Source of the DNA: Amoebidium appalachense
Taxonomy: Eukaryota; Protista; Ichthyosporea
Reading direction: 5' to 3'
Length of the DNA stretch: 64,000 bases
NCBI GenBank assembly: GCA_963693365.1
Contig: CAVNZM010000004.1
Coordinates: 14,134,524-14,198,523 of the forward strand
The stretch's first letter is position 1, and every line of letters begins with the position of its first letter. This document shows positions 1 to 11,565 of the stretch, in pieces. Position numbers and translations under genes: made by a program. The notes under the pieces are model-generated. The model saw nothing but the letters and a program-made list of their open reading frames with translations. It had not been told where the DNA came from and did not search any database.

Positions 1-862
1 ACCTTAGCCCCTCGCACGTTGATACACCTTCGTTTTGATACATTGACCTACTCATACACCGGTACCGTCTACCTGGCACGATACTATAGGGGGTCTCCTA
101 GCTTTCCCCTCATACCAGTGTAATATATTTAGACATGACACCAAAAAAAGTAATGTGATAAACCCGTCTCGTTTCCGTATTATTACACCTTGCGTACTCA
201 TCCACTCTGAGGCCTGATCCAATACGTAAGCAGCTACTGTATGTGGCTTCATGATCATAGGTGGTGGTTGTGGTGTGCTGGTGTCTATGTGTGTGTGTTG
301 TGTGTGTGTGTATGATGGGTGGGTGGGTGGGTGGGTGGGGGGGGGGGGGGGGGGGGGGGGGGGAGGGAGGGTTGGGTGAGAGCAGGCGAAATGGTGTGGG
401 GGGGAAAGGAGGTGGTGGGGGCCTGTAGTGAACATCGCATCTGTGGCAAGGGGGGACATCGCCGCGGAGCCAGGGGCGGGGGGACTGGGGGGGGGGGGGG
501 GGAGGAGGGGGGCTGCTTTTGGGATCAAGACATGATAAAGTACCAATAATATCCCTGTCCTGTGTCTGAGCCAATAGGAGCCCACCGTTTAGTCTCCAAC
601 CCCACCCATTTCCCCGTAGTTGTAGGCAGTCACCCTAGACCACTTGCCGCAATTTGAAATGAACCCCCACAGCCCCATGAACAGCCAGTGGTCACGTGCG
701 CTGCCAGTGCTGCCAATCAGCACGCAGGGACTAAACCTGTGCCCATCAATTCGAAAATATTTTCTCTTACTTCCCTAGAGCTATATGCAATACGGTAGAG
801 TGGGGCCTACCCTCCTCTCCCCCCCCCCCCCCCCGCCCCGCGACCCCCCCCCCCCCTCCTAT

Positions 863-937
<75 letters not shown>

Positions 938-1474
938 CCCCATACCGATAGTAGGGTCTTGCGATTGCAAGCACTACCATGGGCTATTTGTGGTGTAATT
1001 GCGCCATATGGGGTAAAACACCGTGCAATAGTAGCCAATAGGATACGAGCCTGCCGCTCCATATATGGATGAGGAATTCAATTAGTGCGCCTACGTGTCC
1101 TGGAGACGAAGCATACATCAGCCTGCGCTTTGTGCTGTGCAGCGAGCCGATAGTAAAGGGTTAGGGAAACGAGTGAGTTCCCGTTAACCCACAGTGTGGT
1201 GTCGTGTTGCCTTCTCCCCTATAGCTCCATTCAAAGAACCAACTTCAAAGTACACGTGTACACACAAGGGACACAACACCATTTTTTTTAATCTCTGCTT
1301 TAATTTTATCACGCGAAAACGTGGTTTATAACGTTCCAGAGTCCCTTGTAGAATTACCTGCTTGCACTTGCAAAAGAAAATGACCTTAACAGGGGGCAAG
1401 GTGGTGCCGAAATGCCCAGCGATCAACCAAATATATATAGAGACATACATGTGGGAAATTTAGGAGCTCGAGCC

Positions 1475-1509
<35 letters not shown>

Positions 1510-2623
1510 AGGGGTAATAACTATAATAATTAATGAATAATCAATACTATAATGATGATGAAGGTCTTATGAGAGTCACGTAGGAAGGGGAAGAAGGGTG
1601 GGGGGTGGGGGGCGGGGTGGGCATACATGAAGGGTTGATTGACCCCCTTCCCCCCCCCCCTCCACCCCCCTCCCGGGATCCCCCCTCCCCCCCCCTCCCC
1701 CCTTCGGGGGGACCCAGAACCACTCCCACTCAGCTGTGCCCCTCTGGGCCCTAATTGACCACCGCAACTGACTGTATGGTGGTACTCTACTCGCATCTCC
1801 ACGGCGAGCTGATTCGAATACGTCCTTTGGTTCTTGTTATGATAGAATAGTCTATCTGTTTATTCCTGCTCTTCCCAGTCATGTACTTAGCCTGTTCCCG
1901 CCTATCCCGCCCCCGCGTACTTGGGGACCGCCTGGGGCCGCATACGCCAGGAACCACAACTGCCTTCCTATTGGCTAGTACATAACCCCGATCTATCCTG
2001 AGAGACTATCTGTAGTCCTATTGGACGATGTAATCGCGGAAGGTATCATGATAAAGCAGCCGGACCATCCATCCTCAGATGGTACCAAAGGATCCGTGTT
2101 CTCAAACCACTTCCTGCGTACCTCTCTACTCGATCCGCTATGTAGAAGTGATTGTCTCTTACAGAGGTCACAGGACCGAATCCTGCCTCTGCTCCACATT
2201 TATTCTGATAGTTCTGAAGCCAAACGAGCCCCTCTCCCCCTTCGAACGCTAGGTACTCCGTCGTCCAGACCATATCAACGGAGACCTGTCAATTCGTCTT
2301 ATACATAGAGTTTGGAATACACGGGGCCTGTGAGGCTGTTTGCCACGTAGGCTGTCACGTGGAGCCAGGAATCAAGTTGACAACCACTAATCATCAAGAA
2401 GGCATCAAAAAAGCCTAGCATTTTCTGTATTTATTTTATGCCACCATGTTTCGAACGAACTTTCTTGGGTACTCAGTGAATCACTCAATAGCAACATGCC
2501 AAAGTTCACATCCAAAAATAGAGACTGTGGTACTTCAGCCAATCAAAAATCAGAACCATGTACGTTTCATATGCGCAGCAGATGAAAGATGTTTCACGGA
2601 TCACTTCGGGCGCAGGCAGCCGG

Positions 2624-2710
2624 GCGGCCCATGACGTCACGGGCCGCGGCGCCAGGCGCAGCCGCAGCGGCGGCTGACATCGGTCTGGCGCAGCGCCTGA
2701 CGTCAGGCGC
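2624..2710. promoter_or_regulatory. Two CRE/ATF-type (TGACGTCA) sites, each inside an extended palindrome, in a CpG-rich patch upstream of the sugar transporter pseudogene
   Basis: GCGGCCC-A-TGACGTCA-C-GGGCCGC at 2624-2647 has one mismatched pair. GCGCCTGACGTCAGGCGC at 2693-2710 is a perfect 18-bp palindrome. Confidence 0.45.
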
Positions 2711-3174
2711 CACCAGCGCCGGTATTTCCGGCGCAGCACACTGCAGATGCAGGCCACCTTCGTTTTCGCCGTGTGCTGCACGTACGGTTTTTGTTAGCAC
2801 GATTGCGTTTTCGGTGGCTAGCACACGGCGGCTCCCACCCACCCACCTCTAAGTCTGTATACATGACGGTGTACGTATGCGACTGTGACTGGCTCACAGC
2901 CCGATTGCAGCGGCAATAAAGCATGTCGAGGCGGGGCCCAGCCCCGGCTGGTGCGGGGGGGGCTCATGGCATGGACCCCCCCTGGCGGCCCCCGCCTCGG
3001 CCAGCCCCTTGGGTGCAGGCACGACGGCCTGCACTCCACGGACACGGGGGGCATGAGGCAAGCACGAGTGAGTGATGTGAAATCATTTTCATTACTTCAT
3101 CCAATCAATCAAAAACAGATCTCTGGAACTCATATACCATATTAGGAAACTAGTGGCCCACGTGGGTGCTCTTT

Positions 3175-3217
3175 GATTGGTGTCTGGTTGGCTCATTCGG
3201 CTTCTGCAGTATATAAA
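3175..3217 (+). promoter_or_regulatory. Core promoter (inverted CCAAT plus TATA box) of the sugar transporter locus
   Basis: GATTGG at about 3175 and TATATAAA at 3210-3217, about 100 nt upstream of ATG 3319. Confidence 0.5.
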
Positions 3218-3318
3218 GCAGGGCTCCCGAGGCAGTTGCATCACGCACAGCCTGAATACCGTAGGCTATGAGAGCAACATCACGGCTGCCGAGTACTCAT
3301 AGTGCCGACGACAGCAAC

Positions 3319-4884
3319 ATGGCGAGTGTAGTCGATGAAAAGAAGGGCGCCGCCTCCGACCCCCTTGATTACTGCATGCGGTTTGGCTGCGAAGAGAACG
3401 GGGTGGACTGCATTGCTATCGGCACGGTGTACAACGGCAAGGTGCTGACGCAGTGTGTCGAGGCCCGGGGGCCCGGGCCTGGGAGTACAACCCCACATAT
3501 GCCGCACAGCAGGGCTGGATCTCTTCCTCTTCACCATCGGCTGCTTCTGCGGTGCCCTGACCTCCGGCACGCAGACGGACTACTTTGGGCGCAAGAAGAC
3601 GATGATCATGCTCAACGACATCATCTTCATTGTGGGCGTGCTATGCAGAGTTCCCCCCCAACGTTTGTGGCATCATGGCCGTCATGTAGGCCGGCCGGGT
3701 TGTTAGCGGGGTTGCGATCGGCACCCTAGTATGGCCGTGACCATGTACCAGTCAGAGATGGCCCCCGAGCACGTGCGCGGTGTGCTCGTGACGCTGCAGC
3801 AGCTGTGCATCACGTTTGGTATTCTGCTGGCCGCCGCAGCCAACGTGGGACTCAAGCACTGGTAAGCACTGGACCCCCGGCTGGCGCCTATCGTACGGCG
3901 GCAACATCTTCTTTGCCATCATCATGGTGTGCGCCATGTTCCTGCTGCCCGAGTCCCCCCGCTGGCTGGTGCAGAATTCGAAGGGCCGGTATACGATGAG
4001 GCTCGCACGTGCCTGCAGCGCATCCGCTATGCCGACGAGGTCGAGATCATCTGAGCTGGCAAACATCACAGCCAGTGTGGAGGCAGACAAAGCCCTTGGG
4101 GATGTTAACAGGGGAGGGCATGTGGGCCGACGTGTTCAGCAGCCGCAACAACATGCGATACCGCACAAAATTAAATGGTCGGCGCCCTGCTGCAGTTCTT
4201 CCAGCAGCTGACGGGCCCATCAACGCCATCATGTTCTTTGCCCCCGACATCTTTGCCACCTTCTTCAGCGAGACCGGTGCACTGTGGGCCAACCTTGCGC
4301 TGACCACGTTCAACTTCCTGGCCACGTTCATCTGCATCTACCTGGTCGAGCGAAGCGGCCGCATCACCCTGCTGGTCACAGGGGGCATCATGCAGGCGGT
4401 GGGCACGGCCGGCTGTGCACTGATGGCGTCGCCGCTGTTCGACAAGACATACGAGCCCGTGGGCATCTTTGTGATTGTCCTTGTTGTCACCTTTAAAATT
4501 TGTGTGCGGCTTTGCCTACACCTGCGGCCCTGTAACGTTGTGTGGGTGCTGTGCTCCGAGATCTTCCCCCAGAACCTCCGCGGCAAGGATATGAGCGTGT
4601 CGACGGTCCAACAACTGGGCTATGGCTGCCGTGGTGGGCAATGGCTTAAGGTCACGTGCACCCCCTACCTGTACCGGCCCAGCGTGTTCAACCTGTGGGG
4701 TACGTTTGTGTTCTTCACGTGCTTCAACGTCACCATAACACTGTTTGTGCACACGTGCGTGCCTGAGACGGCAGGCATGGCACTTGAAGACACGGACATT
4801 CTGTTTGAGGAGTTTAAGGCCACCGAAAGCCCACGTCGGTTAACCGCACCAAGGAGTGAAAATCATCATCCTATTGTAAAGTAA
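3319..4884 (+). pseudogene. MFS sugar-porter (hexose transporter) pseudogene, intronless, with several frameshifts
   Basis: Family motifs appear in order but in shifting frames: TDYFGRKKTM, MYQSEMAPEHVRGVLVTLQQLCITFGIL, WRLSYG, LPESPRWL, INAIMFFAPDIF, LVERSGRITLL, VWVLCSEIFPQNLRG, VPETAGMALE. In-frame stops and frameshifts lie between them. The TM1 (FGYD-type) motif is not seen. Confidence 0.9.
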
Positions 4885-5393
4885 GGGCGAAAATAACACA
4901 TGCATGGGAAGAATATTTAGTACGTATACATAAACGGTTTGGAGTGCCAATCACAAGTAGCTGCAATCTAGTAGCTATTACATCTTATTTTTCCGGTTCT
5001 ATCGTCACGATCATCAGGCTATGTAGTTGATGACGCATTCATGTGTGCTCTGTAATTAGTTGCCGGCTGGTGACTGCTGTTCAATACGTACAAAGACTGA
5101 TATCAAGACTAATTGGATCCCAGTTCTGTATAAATAAATCTGAATATCAGGCTAGTCAGTGTGTGGTCGAAAGTCACTTAAAATGATTGCAGGAAACGTG
5201 AAAAGTGCTTGTTCAAGCTGCTACGCACCCTGACCCGTTTGCCTTGAACCCCCCCCCCCCCCCCCCCCCCCCCTTCTCCCTTCCTCCCAATCGCACACGC
5301 ACACGTCCACACACAAACACGCACACACACCGCCCCTCCTATGCCCCCCCCCCCCCCCCCCAAAAAAAAAAAAAAAAAAAAAAAAGAAAGGAA

Positions 5394-5433
<40 letters not shown>

Positions 5434-5817
5434 AGGAAAAGCAAGACGGAAACGAAGAGAAAAAAAGATGAAAGAGAACCTAGGGGCGTGTTTGGCAGCC
5501 GAAAACAATCGTATTCGTATCATTTTGCGAAAAGACGAATAATCGTGTTCACAAAATTATTTGTGGTATGCGTCTTTAGGGGTAATGATACGATTATGGC
5601 GTACCAAACACGCCTATTTTTTTGTAAACACGCTCCCGCTTCGACATCGCCACAAAATCTCGACAAAAGAATGCAAAATATCATCCTTTGTACGATATCA
5701 TTGGTAGCCGTTTGACCAATCGTAGATTAGCCTTAGCTAAAAGCGATCCCATTGGCTAAAAGTTATATCGTGTTTTAGAAAATCACCTCCGGAGGGGATT
5801 TTCGAAAACACGACATA

Positions 5818-8817
5818 CAGTAAACCGCTCGAATTTGGGACGATTTGAATCCCGTCATAAATTTGGGACACTTTTAATTGGCCCTCGGCGCATCACCCGG
5901 ACTTGGGTCCATTATTACGTTCTTCCCGCCCTTTTTGCATGCCAGCGTGTCTGGTTGGCTGCCCAACCCGGCAGCCAAGTTTGAAAATAAAGGGCCGTTT
6001 TCCACCAACCACCACAGCAGAGCAAAGCACATCCTCTTTCGAAAACATAGGAACTCCTCATCCTCACTCTAAGGATTTCCTCTCACGTAGCCTCACATCG
6101 TTCATATGCTTTGTACTTTTACTGCCCATTTATCACACACCCTTGCCCCACAGACAGAATGGGGTTCCCAACATGAGTGCACAAGGGCAGAAAAGGCGCA
6201 AGCCCACAGCAGAGGAGATAGAGGCAGCGTTTCTAGAACACAAAAATAAGACACATGAAGAGCGATGTAATTTAGCTGCAGAGCACGTGAAGCATAATAT
6301 TTATTCTTACAGGGAAGCAGTTGAAGTTTTTGGGGTAGCACGCACCACCATTGAGAATCACCTTAAGGGCAAAGTTAGTAGGCACGGGGCCGGAAGGCCC
6401 TCAGCACTCACTTATGAACAAGAGAGAGGTGTGATAGAGTGGATCTTTGAGAGGCAGGATGCGAATCTCTCCGCATCTGTTCGTGAAATCAAACAGAAAC
6501 TAGTAGAAACTGCAAAGGAACACGGGGTACCCTTTAAGAACGACAGACCATCTGATGGGTTCTGGAATGCTTTCAAAAAACGACACCCAGACTTCACTTT
6601 GAGGGTGCCATTGCCAGCTGATGACCGGCACGATGCAGCAACAACACCAAGCACCATTCGTCACTACTTTGACATCATCCGCAAAGTGATGGTAACCTTT
6701 TTTGGCGGTCGATTCCTTCCCCACCAAGTCCTCAACCTGGACGAAACCCCACAGAGAATCCACTACGTTCCCAGACTAGCCGGTGCTAAAAAGGGCAGCA
6801 GGGCAGTCCGACGTCGCATCATCGGAAACGGCAAAGAAAACGTCACCAACATTCCAATTGGCAATGTTGCAGGTGAACTTCTCGGTGTCATCGTGATTCT
6901 CAAAGGCGCGCGAGTCAAGAAAGCGACAATCGAAGCCTGTACCATTGATAACGTGTACTTTACCGCAGTTCCAAACGGCCTCAACAACACCAAGATTTTC
7001 GACCAAATTGCTATTGCTCTGGTTAAAATTCTGAAGAACCAACCCGACCCAGGCCCCCACATGGTACTGGTCGACAGACATCACTCGCGCGCGTCATCTT
7101 TCGCCCTCAGGCACCTCAAAAACAACCAAGTTTACGTGGTCGGACTACCGGGAAGCACAACACCAACCACCCAAGCAATGGACAACTGCAACGTTCCGAG
7201 TGTGAAGAAGGAATACAGGAACCTCTACTGCGAGTTTGTCGCGGCAAACCCAACCCTCAGGAAGTTCACCTATGCACATTTCATCGCGCTGTACTCGCGT
7301 GCGTTCAACGGTAAACTCACCAAACAATCGATAGTGAGTGCGTTCGCCAAAACTGGCTTCAGACAGGAGAACGGAGAGGTGGTTGTGGATGAGGAGAGAG
7401 TTCAAGCATCACTGCCCCTCAAGCATCGTGCGGCTACTGCAAACCTCCCCCCGCCTGAAATCACTTCGAAAGAACTCAGGTGGACTGAAGATGAGGAATC
7501 TCAAGAGGGGGACAACTCAGAGGAAAGCAGGGAGGTGCCTGAACCGGAAAATGAATACGAAAACGGAAACGAAAATCCCCCCGAAAACGAAAACGAAAAC
7601 CCCCCCGAAAACGAAAACGAAAATACACAGGAGGCGGAGAGCGGAGATGACATGTTGCCCACCTACGAAACAGACGGAAATGGACAGCAGCGTGCGATTC
7701 TGTGGACACGCGAAACCTTTCTCAAGGAACTTGAGGAGAGAGAGAAACGCAAGCAGCAGAAGGAAGATGGAAAGAAACAGCGAGCAGAGGAGAGGGAACG
7801 AAGGAAGGCGGAGAGACTACAAGAACAGGAGGAGAAAAAGAGAGCGCAAGAGGAGAAAGCAAGAGAGAGAGAAAAGAGAAAAGCAGAGGAGGCAGCCGTG
7901 AAAGAGGCAAGGAAAAAAGAGAGGGAGGAAAAGAAAAAAGAAAAAGAGCTGAGGGCACAGGAAGAGGAGGAAAGGAAGGCACAGGAGGGAGGACGAAAAG
8001 GGAGATCCAAACCGACACAACCAAGGAAGCCCAAGAAGAAAAAGAGGAAGGCGAAGAGAGCATTCTGGGGGTCAGACACTGATGCACCAGAATCAGAAAG
8101 CAACGAAGACGGAGAAAGGGAGAGTGAGAGTGAGAGCGAAAACGAACGGAGGAAGGTGCACGGTGATGAGTGGATGGAAAATGAAAGCGACAAAGAAAAC
8201 GAACCACCAAGAATCGAGCACGGGCAACCATACTGGCCTGGCTACTACTTCCCCTACCAACAGGTCCCATTCAACCCATACCAACCTGGGATGCAATACC
8301 AACAGTACCCGTTTTATCAGTATCCATACCCCGGACAGATGTAGAGGTGTGCTAACAGTACAGGAACGAGCATGCGTGTGTAGGTTGCACTTATAGTACA
8401 GAACGACGTCTTTAGTCACAGGCAATAGGTTGTATGATGTGTTTAGTTTATTTTGCAAAACAGGCACCCTTGAAGCCTCGTTAAGTGTACAGACTGGTTT
8501 GAAAGCTAGAGAAGGCCCCAGGGGTGGGCAATGGTGAAAGGAACAGCGAGACCACACCCTGGTGCGTGTGCGTCAGCTTGTTCGTGTGCATATACGTCTA
8601 TGCAACACGTGTCCCAAATAAAAATGCATTTTGAATTCAGCGTGTCTAAGTCGTCGGAAACGTGTTTTATGAACCTCAGCACTTATATACTGGGGTAGCC
8701 ATGTGCCAGGGCTTGCTGGGGATGCTCGAATGTTCCAGAAAAAAGCTAAAAATAGCTACTTATAAGCGCTCGATCAGCGATGACGCGAAAAGTGTCCCAA
8801 ATTCGAGCGGTTTACTG
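5818..8817 (+). mobile_element. pogo/Fot-type (Tc1-mariner-pogo superfamily) DNA transposon, 3000 bp, apparently intact
   Basis: Perfect 24-bp TIRs CAGTAAACCGCTCGAATTTGGGAC (5818-5841, reverse complement at 8794-8817), TA target duplication (5816-5817, 8818-8819) and an uninterrupted transposase ORF. Confidence 0.95.
6173..8344 (+). CDS. pogo-family DDE_1 transposase (psq-type HTH, CENP-B-type HTH, DD35D domain) with a long low-complexity C-terminal extension, 723 aa
   Basis: SYREAVEVFGVARTTIENH (HTH), GAGRPSALTYEQERGVIEWI...PSDGFWNAFKKRHP (CENP-B-like), catalytic NLDET / LVDRH / TQAMD with 35 residues between the second and third Asp. The first ATG is at 6173. Confidence 0.92.
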   Translation: MSAQGQKRRKPTAEEIEAAFLEHKNKTHEERCNLAAEHVKHNIYSYREAVEVFGVARTTIENHLKGKVSRHGAGRPSALTYEQERGVIEWIFERQDANLSASVREIKQKLVETAKEHGVPFKNDRPSDGFWNAFKKRHPDFTLRVPLPADDRHDAATTPSTIRHYFDIIRKVMVTFFGGRFLPHQVLNLDETPQRIHYVPRLAGAKKGSRAVRRRIIGNGKENVTNIPIGNVAGELLGVIVILKGARVKKATIEACTIDNVYFTAVPNGLNNTKIFDQIAIALVKILKNQPDPGPHMVLVDRHHSRASSFALRHLKNNQVYVVGLPGSTTPTTQAMDNCNVPSVKKEYRNLYCEFVAANPTLRKFTYAHFIALYSRAFNGKLTKQSIVSAFAKTGFRQENGEVVVDEERVQASLPLKHRAATANLPPPEITSKELRWTEDEESQEGDNSEESREVPEPENEYENGNENPPENENENPPENENENTQEAESGDDMLPTYETDGNGQQRAILWTRETFLKELEEREKRKQQKEDGKKQRAEERERRKAERLQEQEEKKRAQEEKAREREKRKAEEAAVKEARKKEREEKKKEKELRAQEEEERKAQEGGRKGRSKPTQPRKPKKKKRKAKRAFWGSDTDAPESESNEDGERESESESENERRKVHGDEWMENESDKENEPPRIEHGQPYWPGYYFPYQQVPFNPYQPGMQYQQYPFYQYPYPGQM

Positions 8818-9112
8818 TAACTTCGATGTCCAACGTGTCCGGAAAGCTGTGGGGTGTTTGGCATGACACATTTTCGGAATCGTGTCATTACGTGAAAAGA
8901 CGAATACGATAAAGACACGATATAACTGCACAACCAAACACGCCCTAGGAGTATGAAATTCGAACCAGAGAAAGTGGTTAGAAAATAAAAATGATTTGGG
9001 ACCTACCGGTGGTGGTGGTGGTGGTGTGTTTGGTGTGTGTGTGTGTGTTTGATGGTGATGGCGGTGGTGTTTGTGTTTGTTTGTGTTTGGTGGTGGTGGC
9101 GGCGGCAGCGGC

Positions 9113-9191
<79 letters not shown>

Positions 9192-9530
9192 TTGGAATCT
9201 CCGAGATGATAGCCTCCTGATCTAAGAGTGGAATACATCGACAAGATGAAGGTGTGGTGGCACAAAGGCAAATCGAGGTATAGTATTTGCATTTGGGTGC
9301 ACGTGCAACAGCAAAACACGAGGGGCCAAGTGTCCAGCACTAACCAGGATGACTGCTGATTGGTGTGCTATAAATAAACACCATGATTTTGGCTGAGACT
9401 CTAATAAACAAGCTGAAAGTAATCATTCCGGACAATAACCAAAAAAGGAATAAGTCCCACGTCATTCATGCATCCCTGCTCACACATTCGTACATGCCCA
9501 CCACCCGATCCCCAAACAATCCATGGAATT

Positions 9531-10037
9531 CTAGAAGAAGTGGAATCCATGTGTGGGCTCCTCTTCCTTACTTGGTTGGTTATCAAGTGACTCCTTTGTC
9601 CCAAACTTTCCTCCCTTTCTTGCTCCCTTCCCCATCTTTGGTCTGGGTTTTTGCATAACGACGCCCGGCTGCGGCTCTTTGACTTCCTCCACACTAGCTT
9701 CTTGTGGCTGCTGTGTGGTTTGTGTTTTCGTTTCTTCGGCGTGTGGCCGTTGTGTCTCTGTCTCCACAGTGTGTGTGTGCATTGGCTCTGTATAGTGTGT
9801 CTTAGTATCTGCATGGCGTGTGTTGTGTGTTGGTAGGCGTGTGAAGTCTGGGGTCACATCCAGAAAGGAGCCCCTCTGGCCCACCCCATGGCCTATGGAG
9901 TCATCCATTTGCCCCTCCTCACCTGCAGCCATTTGATTGGGTGGGTGGCCTGACTCGTGCCTGCTGCTGTCCTGCCCTGATTCTGTGATAATGTGTGCCC
10001 ACATGTGTCAATTGCTGGTTGTGGTCTTGCCCTGGCA

Positions 10038-10097
<60 letters not shown>

Positions 10098-10285
10098 ACA
10101 AACAGATAAGAGAAAGAGAGAGAGAGAGTCTCAGAAAAAGAGAGAGAGAGAGGGGGGAGAAAGAGAGAGAGAGAGAGGGCAGAGAGAGGGGAGAGAGAGA
10201 GAGAGGGGGGGGGGGGGGGGGGGGGGAGAGGGAGGGAGAGAGGGAGAGGAAGAAGGGGAGAGAGAGAATGGGAGGGAGAGAGAGA

Positions 10286-10361
<76 letters not shown>

Positions 10362-10422
10362 AGCCAAGAAAAGAAAAGCAAGCACCAGTCAAAAGAAATC
10401 GAATTTTCCAAACTCTGAACAT

Positions 10423-10458
<36 letters not shown>

Positions 10459-10546
10459 AGGGAAATGCGCCAACAACAACGTGGGGGGGGGGGGGGGGGG
10501 GGAAGGGATAAAGAGAGAGAATAGTGCGAGGAACCATGTGGGGAAG

Positions 10547-10599
<53 letters not shown>

Positions 10600-11217
10600 C
10601 GACAGAGTAGAAAATGCCACCACAGCCAGGCACAAGCATGCACGAGGGCATCAACAGCACATGGGCCTTGCTGCCTGCAACCCCCTGCCCCACCACCACA
10701 TGTGCCCCCCTCACTGCGCATGCCCCCCCTCACTGCGCATGCCCCCACCATAGCCCAACCACCGCGTGTGAGCCCAGGACACTATATATTACTTTGGCCC
10801 CGGGGGGTGAAGTCCAGGTCGTCCAGGAACGACAAATCAACCTCCTTGCCCCTCTCACGGTGCCGCCGATTGCGACGGGTAGACCGATCGGCAGTTACCT
10901 TCTCAGATCCAATTGAAATTTCGGAGATCTTCTCTAGGCCTGCGTGCAATTGTTAGAATTGAAATCTCATCTTCTTAAAGCCTGGATGGCATTGGTATAG
11001 TTTGGTTATTGCAATCTAGGTATCTCCGCTCGTCTACCTGTCATGACGGCTAGTGTTTCAGACATCTTCTCTCGAGTAAACTTACTCAACCAAAGCACAT
11101 GGCTCTTGCAGGCAACAAACTACAGACAAGCAATGCAAGACAGTCACACAATTGTCCACCAGCCATTCAAAGAAGCAAGAGGGTTTAGGAAAGGTACTTG
11201 AAGCCAATTTGTGTGTG

Positions 11218-11264
<47 letters not shown>

Positions 11265-11529
11265 CACCTAAACACACACTTATGGGTGTATGTGTAGGCG
11301 TATGCCTCTCCTCCCCCCCCCCCCCCCCCCTCCCACCCTCTTTTTCTCCCCCTCTGTGTGTGTGTATGACCACTATCCAGCACCCTACCCCCAGCAATGA
11401 GGCTGATGCAGGTCTCTCTGCACTGCTGCACGATGGGCACATCAGGGAACTGGTCGGCATCAAACTTGTTGCTGAGCCACAGGTAGAGGTCTAGAAGGTT
11501 GTAGCACTCCTCTAGCTGCCCCACGTCCT

Positions 11530-11565
<36 letters not shown>

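Larger units (their letters stand above)
5484..8945. mobile_element. PIF/Harbinger-like non-autonomous element (MITE, about 460 bp without the insert), interrupted by a pogo transposon
   Basis: 12-bp TIRs GGGCGTGTTTGG (5484-5495) and CCAAACACGCCC (8934-8945) are flanked by a 3-bp TAG duplication (5481-5483, 8946-8948). The subterminal motif GAAAAGACGAATA occurs near both ends. Confidence 0.75.

Noticed and set aside
40-2320. Possible decayed LINE or exon fragments on the minus strand (for example KSRNKQIDY, LDQASEWMSTQG)
   Set aside because: Only short, stop-interrupted resemblances with no diagnostic RT or endonuclease motif. A translated homology search is needed.
5903-6172. N-terminal 90-codon extension of the transposase ORF in the supplied track
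   Set aside because: It begins at TTG. The first ATG is at 6173 and recognisable transposase sequence starts after it.
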